A DNA stretch of 64,000 bases from an uncultured delta proteobacterium (GTDB lineage: Bacteria; Myxococcota; UBA727; VGSZ01): positions 544,001 through 608,000 of the forward strand of contig CAVZJB010000016.1 in NCBI GenBank assembly GCA_963775425.1. Reading direction: 5' to 3'. Under the pieces are notes generated by a model that was given only the letters and a program-made list of their open reading frames with translations, had not been told where the DNA came from and did not search any database. Of this stretch, positions 31,603-43,328 are shown in pieces; positions within the stretch are counted from its first letter, which is position 1, and each line of letters begins with the position of its first letter. Position numbers and translations under genes: made by a program.

Positions 31603-31733
31603 GCAGTGTCCTTCCTCTGCCGATCATGCCGTGTGGGAAGGAGGCGCAGCAAGCCGCCGTCCGGATCCGCCACCGATGTGCATCACATGTGGGCGCTAAG
31701 GCGCCGGAGTCATGTGGGTTTCGGTCCCATCGG

Positions 31734-32744
31734 TCAACTCCCGTAATTGGGCTTCCTGTCGAAGTGGTGCTCGGCCTCGATGAAGCGGATGGTGCCCGAC
31801 TTGCTTCGCATGACGATCGAGTGCGTGTGCGCGCCGCCCTTGAAGAAGCGAACGCCCTTGAGCATGTCGCCGGACGTGACGCCGGTGGCGGCGAACATGA
31901 CGTCGCCGCGCGCGAGGTCCATGAGCCCCCACTTGCGATCGAGGTCCTTGATGCCCATGGCCGCGCCGCGATCGCGCTCCTTGTCCGAGCGGAACATCAA
32001 GCGCCCCTGGAAGTCGCCGCCGGTGCAGCGCAGGGCCGCCGCCGCGAGCACGCCCTCGGGGGCGCCGCCGGAGCCGAAGAGCACGTCGATGCCCGTGCCC
32101 TCGACGCAGGTGGAGATGGCGGCGGAGACGTCGCCGTCGCTGATGAGCTTGATGCGCGCGCCGGCCTTCCTGACCTCGGCGATGAGCTTCTGGTGGCGCT
32201 CGCGGTCGAGGATGATGGTGGTGAGGTCCTCGACGTAGCAGCCCTTGGCGTCGGCGATGGCCTTGAGGTTGTCCGTGGGCGACTTGTCGAGGTCGATGAC
32301 GCCCTTGGCCGCGGGGCCGACCGCGATCTTGTCCATGTACGTGTCGGGCGCGTGCAGGAAGTTGCCCTTCTCGGCGATGGCGACGACGGCGAGGGCGTTG
32401 GGCAGGCCGAAGGCGCACAGGTTGGTGCCCTCGAGCGGATCGACGGCGATGTCGACCTCGGGATCGTGCTCGGAGCCGCCGCCGACCTTCTCGCCGATGT
32501 AGAGCATCGGCGCCTCGTCTCGCTCGCCTTCGCCGATGACGACGGTGCCGCGGATTTGCAAGCCGTCGAACGCGCGGCGCATGGCCATGACGGCGGCCTC
32601 GTCGGCTTCGTTCTTGGCGCCGCGGCCCATGAGGCGCGCGGAGGAGAGGGCGGCAGCCTCGGTGACACGAACGACCTCGAGGGCGAGGTTTCTGTCGAGG
32701 GTGGCGCGGCCGAGGTTTGCGGGAGAGGGGATGGAGCTGGTCAT
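31734..32744 (-). CDS. glpX: Class II fructose-1,6-bisphosphatase
   Basis: LEVVRVTEAAA, VIGEGERDEAPMLYIGE, DPLEGT, GGAPEGV and FAATGVT. ATG 32744 overlaps the upstream stop. Confidence 0.96.
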   Translation of the reverse strand: MTSSIPSPANLGRATLDRNLALEVVRVTEAAALSSARLMGRGAKNEADEAAVMAMRRAFDGLQIRGTVVIGEGERDEAPMLYIGEKVGGGSEHDPEVDIAVDPLEGTNLCAFGLPNALAVVAIAEKGNFLHAPDTYMDKIAVGPAAKGVIDLDKSPTDNLKAIADAKGCYVEDLTTIILDRERHQKLIAEVRKAGARIKLISDGDVSAAISTCVEGTGIDVLFGSGGAPEGVLAAAALRCTGGDFQGRLMFRSDKERDRGAAMGIKDLDRKWGLMDLARGDVMFAATGVTSGDMLKGVRFFKGGAHTHSIVMRSKSGTIRFIEAEHHFDRKPNYGS

Positions 32745-33151
32745 GGTGAACCCCGTTTCGCGTCGAGGCCGGCGGCTTGCAACAGGTGTCGGGGCATTCG
32801 CGTCGGCCGCCCCTCCCGGGTCATGCACGCGTGGACGGTCGCTCCCTCGCACAGGAGGGTCTGGTCGCGCAGGATCCGGTAGCCGAAGGTGAAGGTGGCG
32901 CGGGTGGCCAGGGTGATGTCGGCGTCGATGCTCAACAGGTCGTCGAAGCGCGCCGGCGCCCGATAGCGCACGCGGGCCTCGACGACGGGGATGACCACGC
33001 CGTCCTCGCGCTCCATGCGGCCGTAGTCCACGGCGTGCTCGCGCAGCCACTCGCAGCGCCCGCGCTCGAACAGGCGCAGGTAGTTGGCGTAGTAGACGAC
33101 ACCCATCTGGTCGGTGTCGCCGTAGATGACGCGGTACTGGCTGACGGTCAC
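32741..33151 (-). CDS. YbgC/FadM-family acyl-CoA thioesterase
   Basis: RVIYGDTDQMGVVYYANYLRLFERGR hotdog-fold motif. Confidence 0.92.
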   Translation of the reverse strand: MTVSQYRVIYGDTDQMGVVYYANYLRLFERGRCEWLREHAVDYGRMEREDGVVIPVVEARVRYRAPARFDDLLSIDADITLATRATFTFGYRILRDQTLLCEGATVHACMTREGRPTRMPRHLLQAAGLDAKRGSP

Positions 33152-33158
33152 GCGCGCT

Positions 33159-33956
33159 TCAGAACACGTACTTGATCACGGGCGCGAACGAGAACGCCAG
33201 GATGCCCGGCGGGTCCGCGTTGGGATCGGTGCTGAAGCCCATGGGGATGAGCGAGGGGCTGCCGCTCGTGGGGACGAGCACGTAGACGGTGTTCCAGTCG
33301 ATGCCGACGAACGTGTTGGGCAGGAGCGTGGCGTAGCGGACGCCGATGCCGATGCCGACGTTGCCACCGAGCGTGGGCTCGTTCACGTCGGGCTCGGGCG
33401 TGAGGAACGTGACGCCACCGAACGGCTTGACGGCGATGGCGAGGCGGTCGACGGGCGGCGGCAGGTAGAACGAGAAGGTGGCGCCGAGGTCGATCTGCGT
33501 GATGCCGTAGTCGCGCGGGACGTTGGGCGACTTGTTGCCGTAGGGCGCCGCGTTGGCGACGAAGCCCGTGCCGAACGACGCCTGCAGCCCGAGCCACGCG
33601 AAGAGGTCGTAGCCGGCGGACAGGCCGATGTACGGCTGGAGCTGGCTGGTGCTGACGGGGACGCAGGGGACGCCGCCGCAGCTGTCGTCGATGGTGAAGC
33701 CGCCGAGGCGGAAGAAGCCGCCGAGGTCGCTCTGCGTCCAGAAGCCCTGCTTGAACTCGAAGCCTGTGGCGCCGCCGATGGACTGCCCGAGCACCGCGCC
33801 GCCGACCTTGACCTCCTTGTCGGGGAGCGAGGTGGACTCGTCGGCCCGGGTCTTCTCCTCGTCCCCGCCGGCGGGGACGTCCTCGTCGTCTTGGGCAAGG
33901 GCCGCGGGGGCGACGAGGGCGGCAAGGGCGAACGCAGCGAGGGTAGAGGCGCGCAT
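33159..33956 (-). CDS. gltH: Outer-membrane beta-barrel, GltH/CglE-like
   Basis: Signal peptide, amphipathic beta-strands, C-terminal IKYVF. Last gene of a Glt-type cluster, with a STSQLQPYIGL segment. Confidence 0.65.
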   Translation of the reverse strand: MRASTLAAFALAALVAPAALAQDDEDVPAGGDEEKTRADESTSLPDKEVKVGGAVLGQSIGGATGFEFKQGFWTQSDLGGFFRLGGFTIDDSCGGVPCVPVSTSQLQPYIGLSAGYDLFAWLGLQASFGTGFVANAAPYGNKSPNVPRDYGITQIDLGATFSFYLPPPVDRLAIAVKPFGGVTFLTPEPDVNEPTLGGNVGIGIGVRYATLLPNTFVGIDWNTVYVLVPTSGSPSLIPMGFSTDPNADPPGILAFSFAPVIKYVF

Positions 33957-33976
33957 GATGCGCGTGCGTTAGCAGA

Positions 33977-35303
<1,327 letters not shown>

Positions 35304-35429
35304 AGCGGACCCGACATCGCCGCGCCGCACGCGGTTCCCGCCGGCCCTCGTCGTCGTCTGTCGTCGTCCCTGAACGCGAAGCGCCGGCATGGAGCCGGCG
35401 CCTCGCAGCAAGCTCAGGGACTCCGCGCG

Positions 35430-37544
35430 TCAGCCCGAGGAGCTGAACACGAACGGATAGGTGACGAACACCTGGCCGCCGCCCTTGGGCTGCGGGAACT
35501 TCAAGCGCTGGATGATGCGCGTCACGCACGCGGCGACGGGCTTGGCCGAGGAGCCGCTGAACGTGTTCTGCGCCATCTGGGGGCTGGTGACGTCGCCGGA
35601 GCCGGTGATGACCCAGCTCGCGACGAGCTTGCCCTCGAGGTTCGGGTCCTTGTTCAGCTCTTTCTCGTAGCAGTACTTGATCTGCGACATGACGCGGTTG
35701 ATCACGCGCTGGATCTGCTCACGCGTCAGACCCCCCTCGTAGATGATCTTGCCGGGGACGATGCGGGTCATGCCCTTGCCGCGGCCGCCGAGGTCGATGT
35801 TGCCGTTGCCGCCGCTGCCCCGGCCGGTGCCGGAGCCGAGGCCGCCGATGCCGAGGCCGTTGCCGCCGCCGCCGGCGCCCGTGCCGCGGGAGCCGAGGCC
35901 GCCGGCGCCGCCGGCGTCACCCATCGACGCGCCCTTCAGGCCGCCGAGGGCGTTGTTGATGCCGCTGCCGAGGCCGCCGGGGCCGAAGACGTTGGACACG
36001 GCGCCCTGCGGGCCCTTGAGGCCGAGCTGCGCGAGGGCGTCCATGGCGATCTTGCGGTCCTCTTCGCGCTTGTCCTTGTCGACGGTGGGCGCGCCCTTCT
36101 TGGAGGCGAGCTTGTCCTCCTTGGGCTTGTCCTTCTTGCCGAACACGCCGGCCTCGTCCTTGTGCTTCGCGGCCTTCTTGCCGGAGAGCTGCTTCTCTTT
36201 CTTCTTCTGCTCCACCGTGAGGATGAGCTTGGTGAAGTCCTGCTGGTTCTTGAAGAGGTCGTCGTCGTCGAGCGACGGCAATTGGGCGGTGACGAAGAAG
36301 GCGAGCACGAGGCCGAGCTGCGCGATGAGCGCGAGCGCCAGCACCTTCATCCAGTTGTAGTCGAGGTCGCTGACGATCTGCAGCGGCGTGTACCGCTTGG
36401 AGTACTGGATGACGAGCTCGATGGGCCCGACGCGGACGTTGGCCTTCTGGCCGACGTCGAGGGTGACCGAGCCCGACGCCTGCCGGCCGTCGACGCTCGC
36501 CTCCATGCCCTGCGCGACGTTCACGGTGGCGCCCTGCGGCGACAGCGTGACGATGGCGAACGACGGCGCCGGGATGGACTGGTGCGCGATCTGGAAGCTG
36601 TTGCCTGGGGCCTGGCCGATGGTCACCGTGCCCACGCCGGCGAGGCGGCTGACGCCGATGACGGTGCCGCCCCACATCGCCGTGACGTCGACGTGGCCCT
36701 TGTTGCTCGGGCGCTCGTCGGCGCCGAGCTCCGGCGACAGGCGCCCGGCGAGACCGCTGGTCTCGCTGATCTTGCGGTGCGCGCTCGGCGCGCCGCGGCC
36801 GAGGCGGAAGCCCGACCTGGAGACCTCGCGGTGCACGGTGCGCGGCGCCATCGACGTCGCCGTCCGCGGCGGCGCGCCGTTGCCGCTGCCCTTCTCGGAC
36901 GCGCGGCCCGACGGCGGCGCGGCCTTGGCCGGCGCGGTCTTCTCGGCCTCCTTCGACGACGGCACGCCGTTCTTGGCGCTCTTGTCGTTCTTGGCGCTCT
37001 TGTCCTTCTCCGACGCCTTGTCCTTCGGGTCGGCCTTGCCGCGGTCGCGCACGACCTCGGTCTTCTGCTCCTGCTTGCGCGGGGGCGCGGAGACCGCCTT
37101 GGGCGCGGCCTGCAGGTCCGCGGTGTCGCGCTCCATGAGCGGCGGCACGTCGGCGAGCGGCGCGGTGACCTCGGGGTTGATGACCTCGTGGCCCGTGGCG
37201 CGCCGGATGGGCACGGTGGGCGCGAGGACGTCGCCGCCGAAGTGCACGGAGATCTTGGCCTTGCCGACGGTGATGACGTCGCCGTCGTTCACGTCGGTCT
37301 CGCCTTTGAGCTCCTTGCCGTTGAGCTCCGTGCCCTCGTCGCTCCCGAGGTCGAGCACCGCGACCTTGCCGTCTTGCGGCTTGATCATGCAGTGCAGGGA
37401 GCTGACGTCGTCTCCCTCGATGCGCACGTGTGCCGATGCACCGGAGCCGACCATGATGGGATCCATCGAGTTGAACTCGAGGACCTTGGTGGCGCCGTCG
37501 GCGAGGTTGATGGTGAGGCTGATCGAGGGCTTGTTCTCGGCCAT
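35430..37544 (-). CDS. gltG: Gliding transducer GltG/PglI (FHA, TM, TonB-C-like domain)
   Basis: N-terminal FHA-like domain, TM helix, Gly-rich GGLGSRGTGAGGGG stretch, and C-terminal IQRVI...IKYCYEKEL...FPQPKGGG..V.YPFVF. Confidence 0.85.
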   Translation of the reverse strand: MAENKPSISLTINLADGATKVLEFNSMDPIMVGSGASAHVRIEGDDVSSLHCMIKPQDGKVAVLDLGSDEGTELNGKELKGETDVNDGDVITVGKAKISVHFGGDVLAPTVPIRRATGHEVINPEVTAPLADVPPLMERDTADLQAAPKAVSAPPRKQEQKTEVVRDRGKADPKDKASEKDKSAKNDKSAKNGVPSSKEAEKTAPAKAAPPSGRASEKGSGNGAPPRTATSMAPRTVHREVSRSGFRLGRGAPSAHRKISETSGLAGRLSPELGADERPSNKGHVDVTAMWGGTVIGVSRLAGVGTVTIGQAPGNSFQIAHQSIPAPSFAIVTLSPQGATVNVAQGMEASVDGRQASGSVTLDVGQKANVRVGPIELVIQYSKRYTPLQIVSDLDYNWMKVLALALIAQLGLVLAFFVTAQLPSLDDDDLFKNQQDFTKLILTVEQKKKEKQLSGKKAAKHKDEAGVFGKKDKPKEDKLASKKGAPTVDKDKREEDRKIAMDALAQLGLKGPQGAVSNVFGPGGLGSGINNALGGLKGASMGDAGGAGGLGSRGTGAGGGGNGLGIGGLGSGTGRGSGGNGNIDLGGRGKGMTRIVPGKIIYEGGLTREQIQRVINRVMSQIKYCYEKELNKDPNLEGKLVASWVITGSGDVTSPQMAQNTFSGSSAKPVAACVTRIIQRLKFPQPKGGGQVFVTYPFVFSSSG

Positions 37545-37766
37545 ATCTGTTTCCTGTCATTCGAGAACACGCGGGTTTCGTCAACACGCGTCGGCGAGAA
37601 AGCGATTTTCGGGGCGCACACTTGCGCACATGACCGACGGATGGACACCGGCGCGGCCCGCGGAGTTCCCCCGCACCTCCGGATCGCGCGCAGCGTCACC
37701 GGATCCGACGACGTCGCCAGGCGGACCGGCCCCGGGGAGCGGCCGCGCTTGGGTCAGCGACCGGAG

Positions 37767-38024
37767 TCAAAGGCTGTCCGCGCTCCGGGACAGCTCGGGG
37801 CGAAAGCTCGGCCGCAGCGCGATGAGGTTGCGAAAGTGGGCCCCGGGTCGTGCGCGGACGACGCCGATGCTCGGCAGCGCGCGCCGGCCCTTGAGGGTGG
37901 CGTCGGTGAACTCGAGTCGCGTGACGCGCCTTGCCACGGGGGCGTCGACAGCAGCGTCGAGCGCAGGCGAATCGACGGGCGCGGCGTTGACCTGTGCGGA
38001 AAAGAACAGCGCGAGCAACAGCAC
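37767..38024 (-). CDS. Divergent GltF/CglF paralogue
   Basis: TRLEFTDATLKG...HFRNLIALRPSFRPELSRSADSL aligns with the neighbouring GltF. Confidence 0.7.
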   Translation of the reverse strand: MLLLALFFSAQVNAAPVDSPALDAAVDAPVARRVTRLEFTDATLKGRRALPSIGVVRARPGAHFRNLIALRPSFRPELSRSADSL

Positions 38025-38208
38025 GGGACCTCCCTCGGTCCCCGTCGGACACCATCGGCCGCGCCCCGGTTCGCCGACGTCGAGCCCCGGTCAAGCGCGC
38101 ATGCCTTGGGCCCGAGCCGTCAGGCGCGCGCCGCAGACACGACGCGCTCGCCGCGCACGGCGTTGCTCAGGCCTGTCACCGCGCGTGTCGGCGCGCGGAG
38201 GTCGGAGG

Positions 38209-38484
38209 TCAGAGCGCGGAGACGGAGCGCTTGAGCTCGGGACGGAAGTTGCCGCGGAGCTCGATCAGGTTGCGGAAGCGGGTCTTCTTCCGGTTCTTGA
38301 TGTAGCTGCCCTCGGGCTTGGTCAGCTCGCCTTCGATGCTGACGTCGGAGAAGTCGATGACCGTCTTCTTGTTGTAGACGGTCTTGTCGTCTTCCTGGAT
38401 GGTCTTGTCCTGCGCGAGCGCGGCGGGGGCTGCGAGGGCGGCGACGAGGGCGGCGACGAGGGCGGCGAGCGCGAGCTTCTTCAT
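38209..38484 (-). CDS. gltF: Gliding motility protein GltF/CglF
   Basis: Signal peptide, then VYNKKTVIDFSDVSIEGELTKPEGSY...FRNLIELRGNFRPEL. Confidence 0.88.
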   Translation of the reverse strand: MKKLALAALVAALVAALAAPAALAQDKTIQEDDKTVYNKKTVIDFSDVSIEGELTKPEGSYIKNRKKTRFRNLIELRGNFRPELKRSVSAL

Positions 38485-38550
38485 GGCGACCTCACTGTAG
38501 CATCTGCGAAAGCGGAACAAGCCGGTCAGGCGGCGGACGGTGGGACGGGC

Positions 38551-39837
38551 CTACTTCCCGCCAGGCGCGGGCTTGTCCGCGGGCTTGTCCGCGGGCTTCT
38601 CGGCGGCCTTGGCGGCGGCGTCGGCGGCCGCCTGCTTCTTCAGCATCTCCTGCTGCTTCTTCAGGATCTCCTGGTTCTTCAGCGTCTGCTCGATGTTCTT
38701 GCAGTCACTGCCGACGGGATCCTTGTCGTCGAGCTTGCCGCCCTTGGCGTCCTTGTACTTGTTGCACCAGTCGAGGGCGTCCTTGGGCTTGTTGAGCTGG
38801 AGGTTCGTGACCTCGGCGATCTCTCCGTACGCCTCGGCGGCGCTCGGGTCGATCTCGAGCGCGCGCTGGAGCTGCTTGATGGCCTCGTCCGCCTTCTGCT
38901 GGCCGGCGAGCGCGAAGCCGTAGCCGAGGTTGGCCTCCGGCTGCCGCGGCTCCAGCTTCATGGCCTCGCCGTAGTGCAGCGCGGCGGTGTCGTAGTCCCG
39001 GTAGCGCAGCGCGATGGACCCGAGGTTCAGGTGCGCCGAGATGAGGCTCGGGTCGATCTCCACGGCCTTCTTGAAGAAGCTCACCGCCTCCGGATACTTG
39101 CCGCGCTTCACGCGGATCATGCCGCGGTTGTTGTACAGAGCGGCGTCCTTGTCGTTGAGCTTGAGCGAGTTGATGGCGATGGTCTCGGCGAGCGCGTACT
39201 TCTCCTGATCGAAGTAGATGAGCGAGAGGTTCTTCAGCGCGTCGACGTTGTCGGGCTGCCGCGACAACAGCTTGCGGCACGCCTTCTCGGCCTGGTCGTA
39301 ATCCTTGTTGAGGCGGTAGAGCACGATGAGGTTGTTGAGCATGTCCGGATCGGCCTCGCCGCCGGCCTTCTCCTGCTTGGCGAGCGCGCCCTCGTACAGG
39401 TCGATGCCCGCGCGGTAGTCGCCCTTCTCCTTGGCGAGGACGCCGAGGAGGATGATGACCTCGCGGCTGTCGGGCTTGTCCTTCTGCAGGCCGCCGAGCT
39501 CCGACTTGGCCTGGTCGTAGAGCCCGAGCTTGATGTCGCAGCTCGCCATGCCGAGCTTGGCGTCGAAGTTGCCGCCGTCCTTCTTCAGCGCCTGCGCGTA
39601 CTTGGCCTTGGCCTCCTGGGCCTTGCCGTCCTTGAGGAGCTTGCCGGCGTCGGCGATGAGGCCCTGCAGGGAGTCCTCGGCGTGCTTCTTGGGCGTCACG
39701 GACGTGGTCTTCGGGCCCGTGGGCTTGGTGGCCGCCTTGGTCGTGCCGCACGCCGCGAGCTGGAAGCTCGCAGCGGCGACGACGACGACGACGACGAGTC
39801 GGGAGAGGAGGTTCATCGGGGGCTTCATCGGGTTCAC
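38551..39837 (-). CDS. gltE: TPR lipoprotein GltE/AglT-like
   Basis: Lipobox LAA-C and multiple TPRs, located between gltD and gltF. Start is GTG 39837 (overlapping the gltD stop) or ATG 39828/39816. Confidence 0.8.
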   Translation of the reverse strand: MNPMKPPMNLLSRLVVVVVVAAASFQLAACGTTKAATKPTGPKTTSVTPKKHAEDSLQGLIADAGKLLKDGKAQEAKAKYAQALKKDGGNFDAKLGMASCDIKLGLYDQAKSELGGLQKDKPDSREVIILLGVLAKEKGDYRAGIDLYEGALAKQEKAGGEADPDMLNNLIVLYRLNKDYDQAEKACRKLLSRQPDNVDALKNLSLIYFDQEKYALAETIAINSLKLNDKDAALYNNRGMIRVKRGKYPEAVSFFKKAVEIDPSLISAHLNLGSIALRYRDYDTAALHYGEAMKLEPRQPEANLGYGFALAGQQKADEAIKQLQRALEIDPSAAEAYGEIAEVTNLQLNKPKDALDWCNKYKDAKGGKLDDKDPVGSDCKNIEQTLKNQEILKKQQEMLKKQAAADAAAKAAEKPADKPADKPAPGGK

Positions 39838-42800
39838 CGTTGGGCCGTGCGCGTGGGTGCGGCGACCGCTGCGCTCGGGAAGAAGGGGAGCTCGTAGATG
39901 CGACCGAACTTCGCGGGCTTGAACTTCTTCAGCCGGTCCTCGATCTCGATGGTGTACGGCGAGTAGATGCCGAGCTTGAACGCGGTGTCGAGCGCCGCTT
40001 CCAGGGCCTTGATGCCCTGGTCCTCGACGGGGAACGCCACGTTCTCGAGCTCGGAGTGGTAGATGTCGAGCGCCTCGGGGTTGTTGGCGATGGCCGGCGG
40101 ATCGGGCGCGTTGCGCAGCGTGTCGACGTAGTCGAGCAGCGCGTCGGCGACGCGGAGCAGGCCGGCGACGGCCCACTCGCCGCTGCCGTAGTCTTTCAGT
40201 GCATAGTATTTCTTGGCGATCTCATCGCGCTTGTTCTTCTTCAGATCGAGTGCTTCCTTGACCATCTTCATGCCCTTGCGGCCGGAGACGCCCTTCTTCT
40301 GCTCGATCTTGATGCCCTTGTAGTCGAGCCAGTCGGGCTCGAGCAGGTGGAAGGCGCAGTAGCCGCCGGTGGTGGCCCCGATGTCGGACTTCTTCACCTT
40401 TGCGTCGACCTTCTTCCAGCCGCCCATGATGTCCTTGCAGGTCTCGAGCATCTCCTTGTCGCGCCCTGCCTTCTCGAGCATCAGCGCGGTCTTGTAGCGC
40501 GACGTCAGCACCTGCTCCGGCGTGCCGTCCCTGCCGTGGAGCTTGTCGAAGTCGCCGTAGAGGGCGGCGGCGCGCTTCCAGTCGCCCTTGTCCTCGTAGA
40601 CCGCGGCCATGCGCAGATAGACATCAGGGATGTCCTTCTGCTTGGGGAATTCCTTGATGTAACGCGCAAAGAGCTTCACGGCGTTTTCGGTGTCACCGAG
40701 ACCGAGATAGAAGATGCCAGCGTTGTAGACGGAGTCCGGCGACTTGGGGCTCCTCTTGTATTTGTCGGCGTACTTGATGTACCAGTCCGCCGCCTCTTTG
40801 TACTTGGCGACCTTCTCGTAATACGCGGGCATGTTCGCGTACGTGTCCTGCTCGAGCTTGTCGTTCAGATCCTTCTCGACGCTGCCGTCGTTCTTCAGGA
40901 TCTTGTAGTCGGTGATTTCCTTCTTGTAGTCCTTGAGGAGGCGCTGCGCGGCCTCGAGCGCGTCGTCCTCGTGGTTGATGTTCGCGTAGAGGAGCTGCAT
41001 GTCGTAGACGGCGAGCGGCGCATACGTGGACTTGGGGAACTCCTTCACGAAGCCGTCGAGCTTGTCGGCGGCGGCGAGCGTCTTGTCGGCGTCCTTGGTG
41101 TTCTCCGCCTCTTCGCGCAGCTTGTCCGTGTTCTTGAAGCTCGCGCCCTCCATGAACTGCGCGACCTCCTTGGCGAACTTCGCGTCCTTCATCAGCTCTT
41201 TTTTGCCGTCGAAGGTGCGCGACCACTTCTCGAGCGCCGGGTAGTTCTCGCGGAACGCGTAGCTGTCGAGGATCTGGTCCGCGCCGCTGCGCGCGTACTC
41301 GGAGTCCGGCCAGCGCTCGATGAGCTCGCCGAACCGCTTGGCCGCTTCGTCGAAGTGGAAGTGGCTCTGGTAGATGTACGCGGCTTTGTACTTCACGACC
41401 TCCAGCTCCTCCTTGAGCTTGGGGTCCTTGGTGATGTCCTTCTGCGGCACGACGGAGACGTAGGCGTCGCAGGCCGCGGCGAGCGAGACCTCGTCCGCGG
41501 GGATCTCCTGCTCGGCGAAACGCGTGTCACCCTTCTTCTCGTTCTTGAGGTGCTTGATGGTGACGTGCTTCTTCTCGATGGTGCCCTTCGACTTCTTCGG
41601 CTTGCACTTGCCGGCCTTCTCTTGATCGGGGGTGCAATCGTTGATGTTGACGATGCCGTTCTTGCTGACGTCCGGAGGCGCGACCTTGTCGACGATCTTC
41701 TCCCACGCGAGCACCGCGTTGTACGCGCACTGCCGCGTGTACTGTCCCTTGGCGTCGCGCTTGACGACGGCGTCGTACTGCTGGGCCGCGTCACGCCACT
41801 TGCCGAGGTCCCACAGGAGCTCGGCGTAGAAGAAGTTCAGGCGATACGCGTTGTCGGAGTCGGGGAACGCCTTCAGGTACTGCGCGTAGATGTCGGCGGC
41901 GACCTCGTAGTCGTCGTAGTGTTTGAACTTCTGCGCGTAGCGGTGGTAGTCGGTGACGAGCTCGCGCATGCGGCTCTCGGCGACGGCGCGGGCGCGCTCC
42001 ACGGTGACCTTGTTCGCCTCGTTCTTGCGCCACCACGGCGAGCCCGGGCGGTACAGCTCGACGAGGCGGCCGACCTCCTTCTTGACGTTGGCGCGGTCGC
42101 CGAGGCCGGCGTAGGCCTCCACGATGCTCGACTGGTAGTCCGGCGCCTGCGCGTTGTCGGGGTCGAGGTTGATGAGGAGCCGCAGCGTGTCGATCTGCAG
42201 CGGGCGCTTGCCCTGCTCCTTGTAGACGGCGGCGAGCTTGCCAGTCAGGCGGTAGGCCTCCTTCGCCCCCGCCTCCTTCTTGATGTACTCGTACGCGTCA
42301 CGCGTCTGGTCGAGCTGCGAGTACGTGAGCACCATGTCGTTGAGCGCCTCACGCTTGAGCTGGATGCCGTCCTTGCCGCGCGAGCGCCGGATGACGTCCT
42401 TGAACTTCTTGAGCGCCTCGTCGTAGGTCTGCGCGTTGTAGTCGCACCACGCGAGCTTGTAGTAGGCGTACGTGGCCGTGCCCTCGCAGCGCGCCCTGCG
42501 GTCCTTGTCCGCGTTCTTGCACTTGGTGGCGACCTCGTAGGCCCGCTTGTACGCCTTGGTGCTCTTCGTCAGGTCGTTGTGCTTGAAGTAGTACTCGCCG
42601 AGCTGCACGTAGCTGTCCGAGACGTACTCGCTCTCCTGGTACTGCCGGATGAGCTGCGAGTAGTTCTGGATCGCTTCCTTCTCGCGCCCGGCCTCCTGCT
42701 GGTTGAAGGCCATGATGTAGAGGACTTCGTCGAGGCGCGGGTAGTCGGGGAAGCGGTCGAGGACGATCTGGTAGTTCTCGAGCGCCTGCTTTTTGTAGAC

Positions 42801-43328
42801 GTCGCTCTTCTTCGTGTACTGCTGGAGCCCCGGCTCCTTGCCGTGCCGCCCGCCGTCCACCCAGCGGTCGTAGGCGTCCTGGAATTCCTTGAACTCGCCC
42901 TGGTACGCGAACTTGGATTTGGCCCAGTAGATCTCGGCGAGGCGGAAGACGAGCTCGCCCTCCTGTGACTTGCCGTGCACCTTGGGCAGGAGGCCCTTGA
43001 TTTCGGCGATCTCCTCGTCGCGCTTGGCGTCGGCCTTCTTGGAGTTGTCGAACTCCTTGGACGACAGCGCGTCCTGCCGCTGGATGGTGGCGGGGCCGGT
43101 GGTGCGCAGGGCCTCGTCGGCGTCGTCCTTCTTGTCGTCGCCCTTCTTGGCGTCGGCCTTCTTGTCGCTCTTCTTGTCGGCCTTTTTGTCGTCGCGGCGG
43201 TGGTGCTTCTTCTTCTTCTTCTTCGCCATCGCCGCCGGGAACGACAGCCCCTGGGGCGTGACGTCGATGGTCCCGGCGAGGAACAGCACGAAAGAGAGGG
43301 CGAACACGCGGAAGGCGGACTGCGCCAT
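39834..43328 (-). CDS. gltD: Large periplasmic TPR protein GltD/AgmU-like
   Basis: About 1160 aa with a signal peptide and TPRs. FRLAEIYW, YPRLDEVLY and YYKLAWCDYN segments. ATG at 43328. Confidence 0.85.
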   Translation of the reverse strand: MAQSAFRVFALSFVLFLAGTIDVTPQGLSFPAAMAKKKKKKHHRRDDKKADKKSDKKADAKKGDDKKDDADEALRTTGPATIQRQDALSSKEFDNSKKADAKRDEEIAEIKGLLPKVHGKSQEGELVFRLAEIYWAKSKFAYQGEFKEFQDAYDRWVDGGRHGKEPGLQQYTKKSDVYKKQALENYQIVLDRFPDYPRLDEVLYIMAFNQQEAGREKEAIQNYSQLIRQYQESEYVSDSYVQLGEYYFKHNDLTKSTKAYKRAYEVATKCKNADKDRRARCEGTATYAYYKLAWCDYNAQTYDEALKKFKDVIRRSRGKDGIQLKREALNDMVLTYSQLDQTRDAYEYIKKEAGAKEAYRLTGKLAAVYKEQGKRPLQIDTLRLLINLDPDNAQAPDYQSSIVEAYAGLGDRANVKKEVGRLVELYRPGSPWWRKNEANKVTVERARAVAESRMRELVTDYHRYAQKFKHYDDYEVAADIYAQYLKAFPDSDNAYRLNFFYAELLWDLGKWRDAAQQYDAVVKRDAKGQYTRQCAYNAVLAWEKIVDKVAPPDVSKNGIVNINDCTPDQEKAGKCKPKKSKGTIEKKHVTIKHLKNEKKGDTRFAEQEIPADEVSLAAACDAYVSVVPQKDITKDPKLKEELEVVKYKAAYIYQSHFHFDEAAKRFGELIERWPDSEYARSGADQILDSYAFRENYPALEKWSRTFDGKKELMKDAKFAKEVAQFMEGASFKNTDKLREEAENTKDADKTLAAADKLDGFVKEFPKSTYAPLAVYDMQLLYANINHEDDALEAAQRLLKDYKKEITDYKILKNDGSVEKDLNDKLEQDTYANMPAYYEKVAKYKEAADWYIKYADKYKRSPKSPDSVYNAGIFYLGLGDTENAVKLFARYIKEFPKQKDIPDVYLRMAAVYEDKGDWKRAAALYGDFDKLHGRDGTPEQVLTSRYKTALMLEKAGRDKEMLETCKDIMGGWKKVDAKVKKSDIGATTGGYCAFHLLEPDWLDYKGIKIEQKKGVSGRKGMKMVKEALDLKKNKRDEIAKKYYALKDYGSGEWAVAGLLRVADALLDYVDTLRNAPDPPAIANNPEALDIYHSELENVAFPVEDQGIKALEAALDTAFKLGIYSPYTIEIEDRLKKFKPAKFGRIYELPFFPSAAVAAPTRTAQR

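Noticed and set aside
31676-31692. ATGTG-CAT-CACAT inverted repeat as a CRP/FNR-type site
   Set aside because: The spacing is 3 nt rather than 6 and it occurs once, so it cannot be distinguished from chance.
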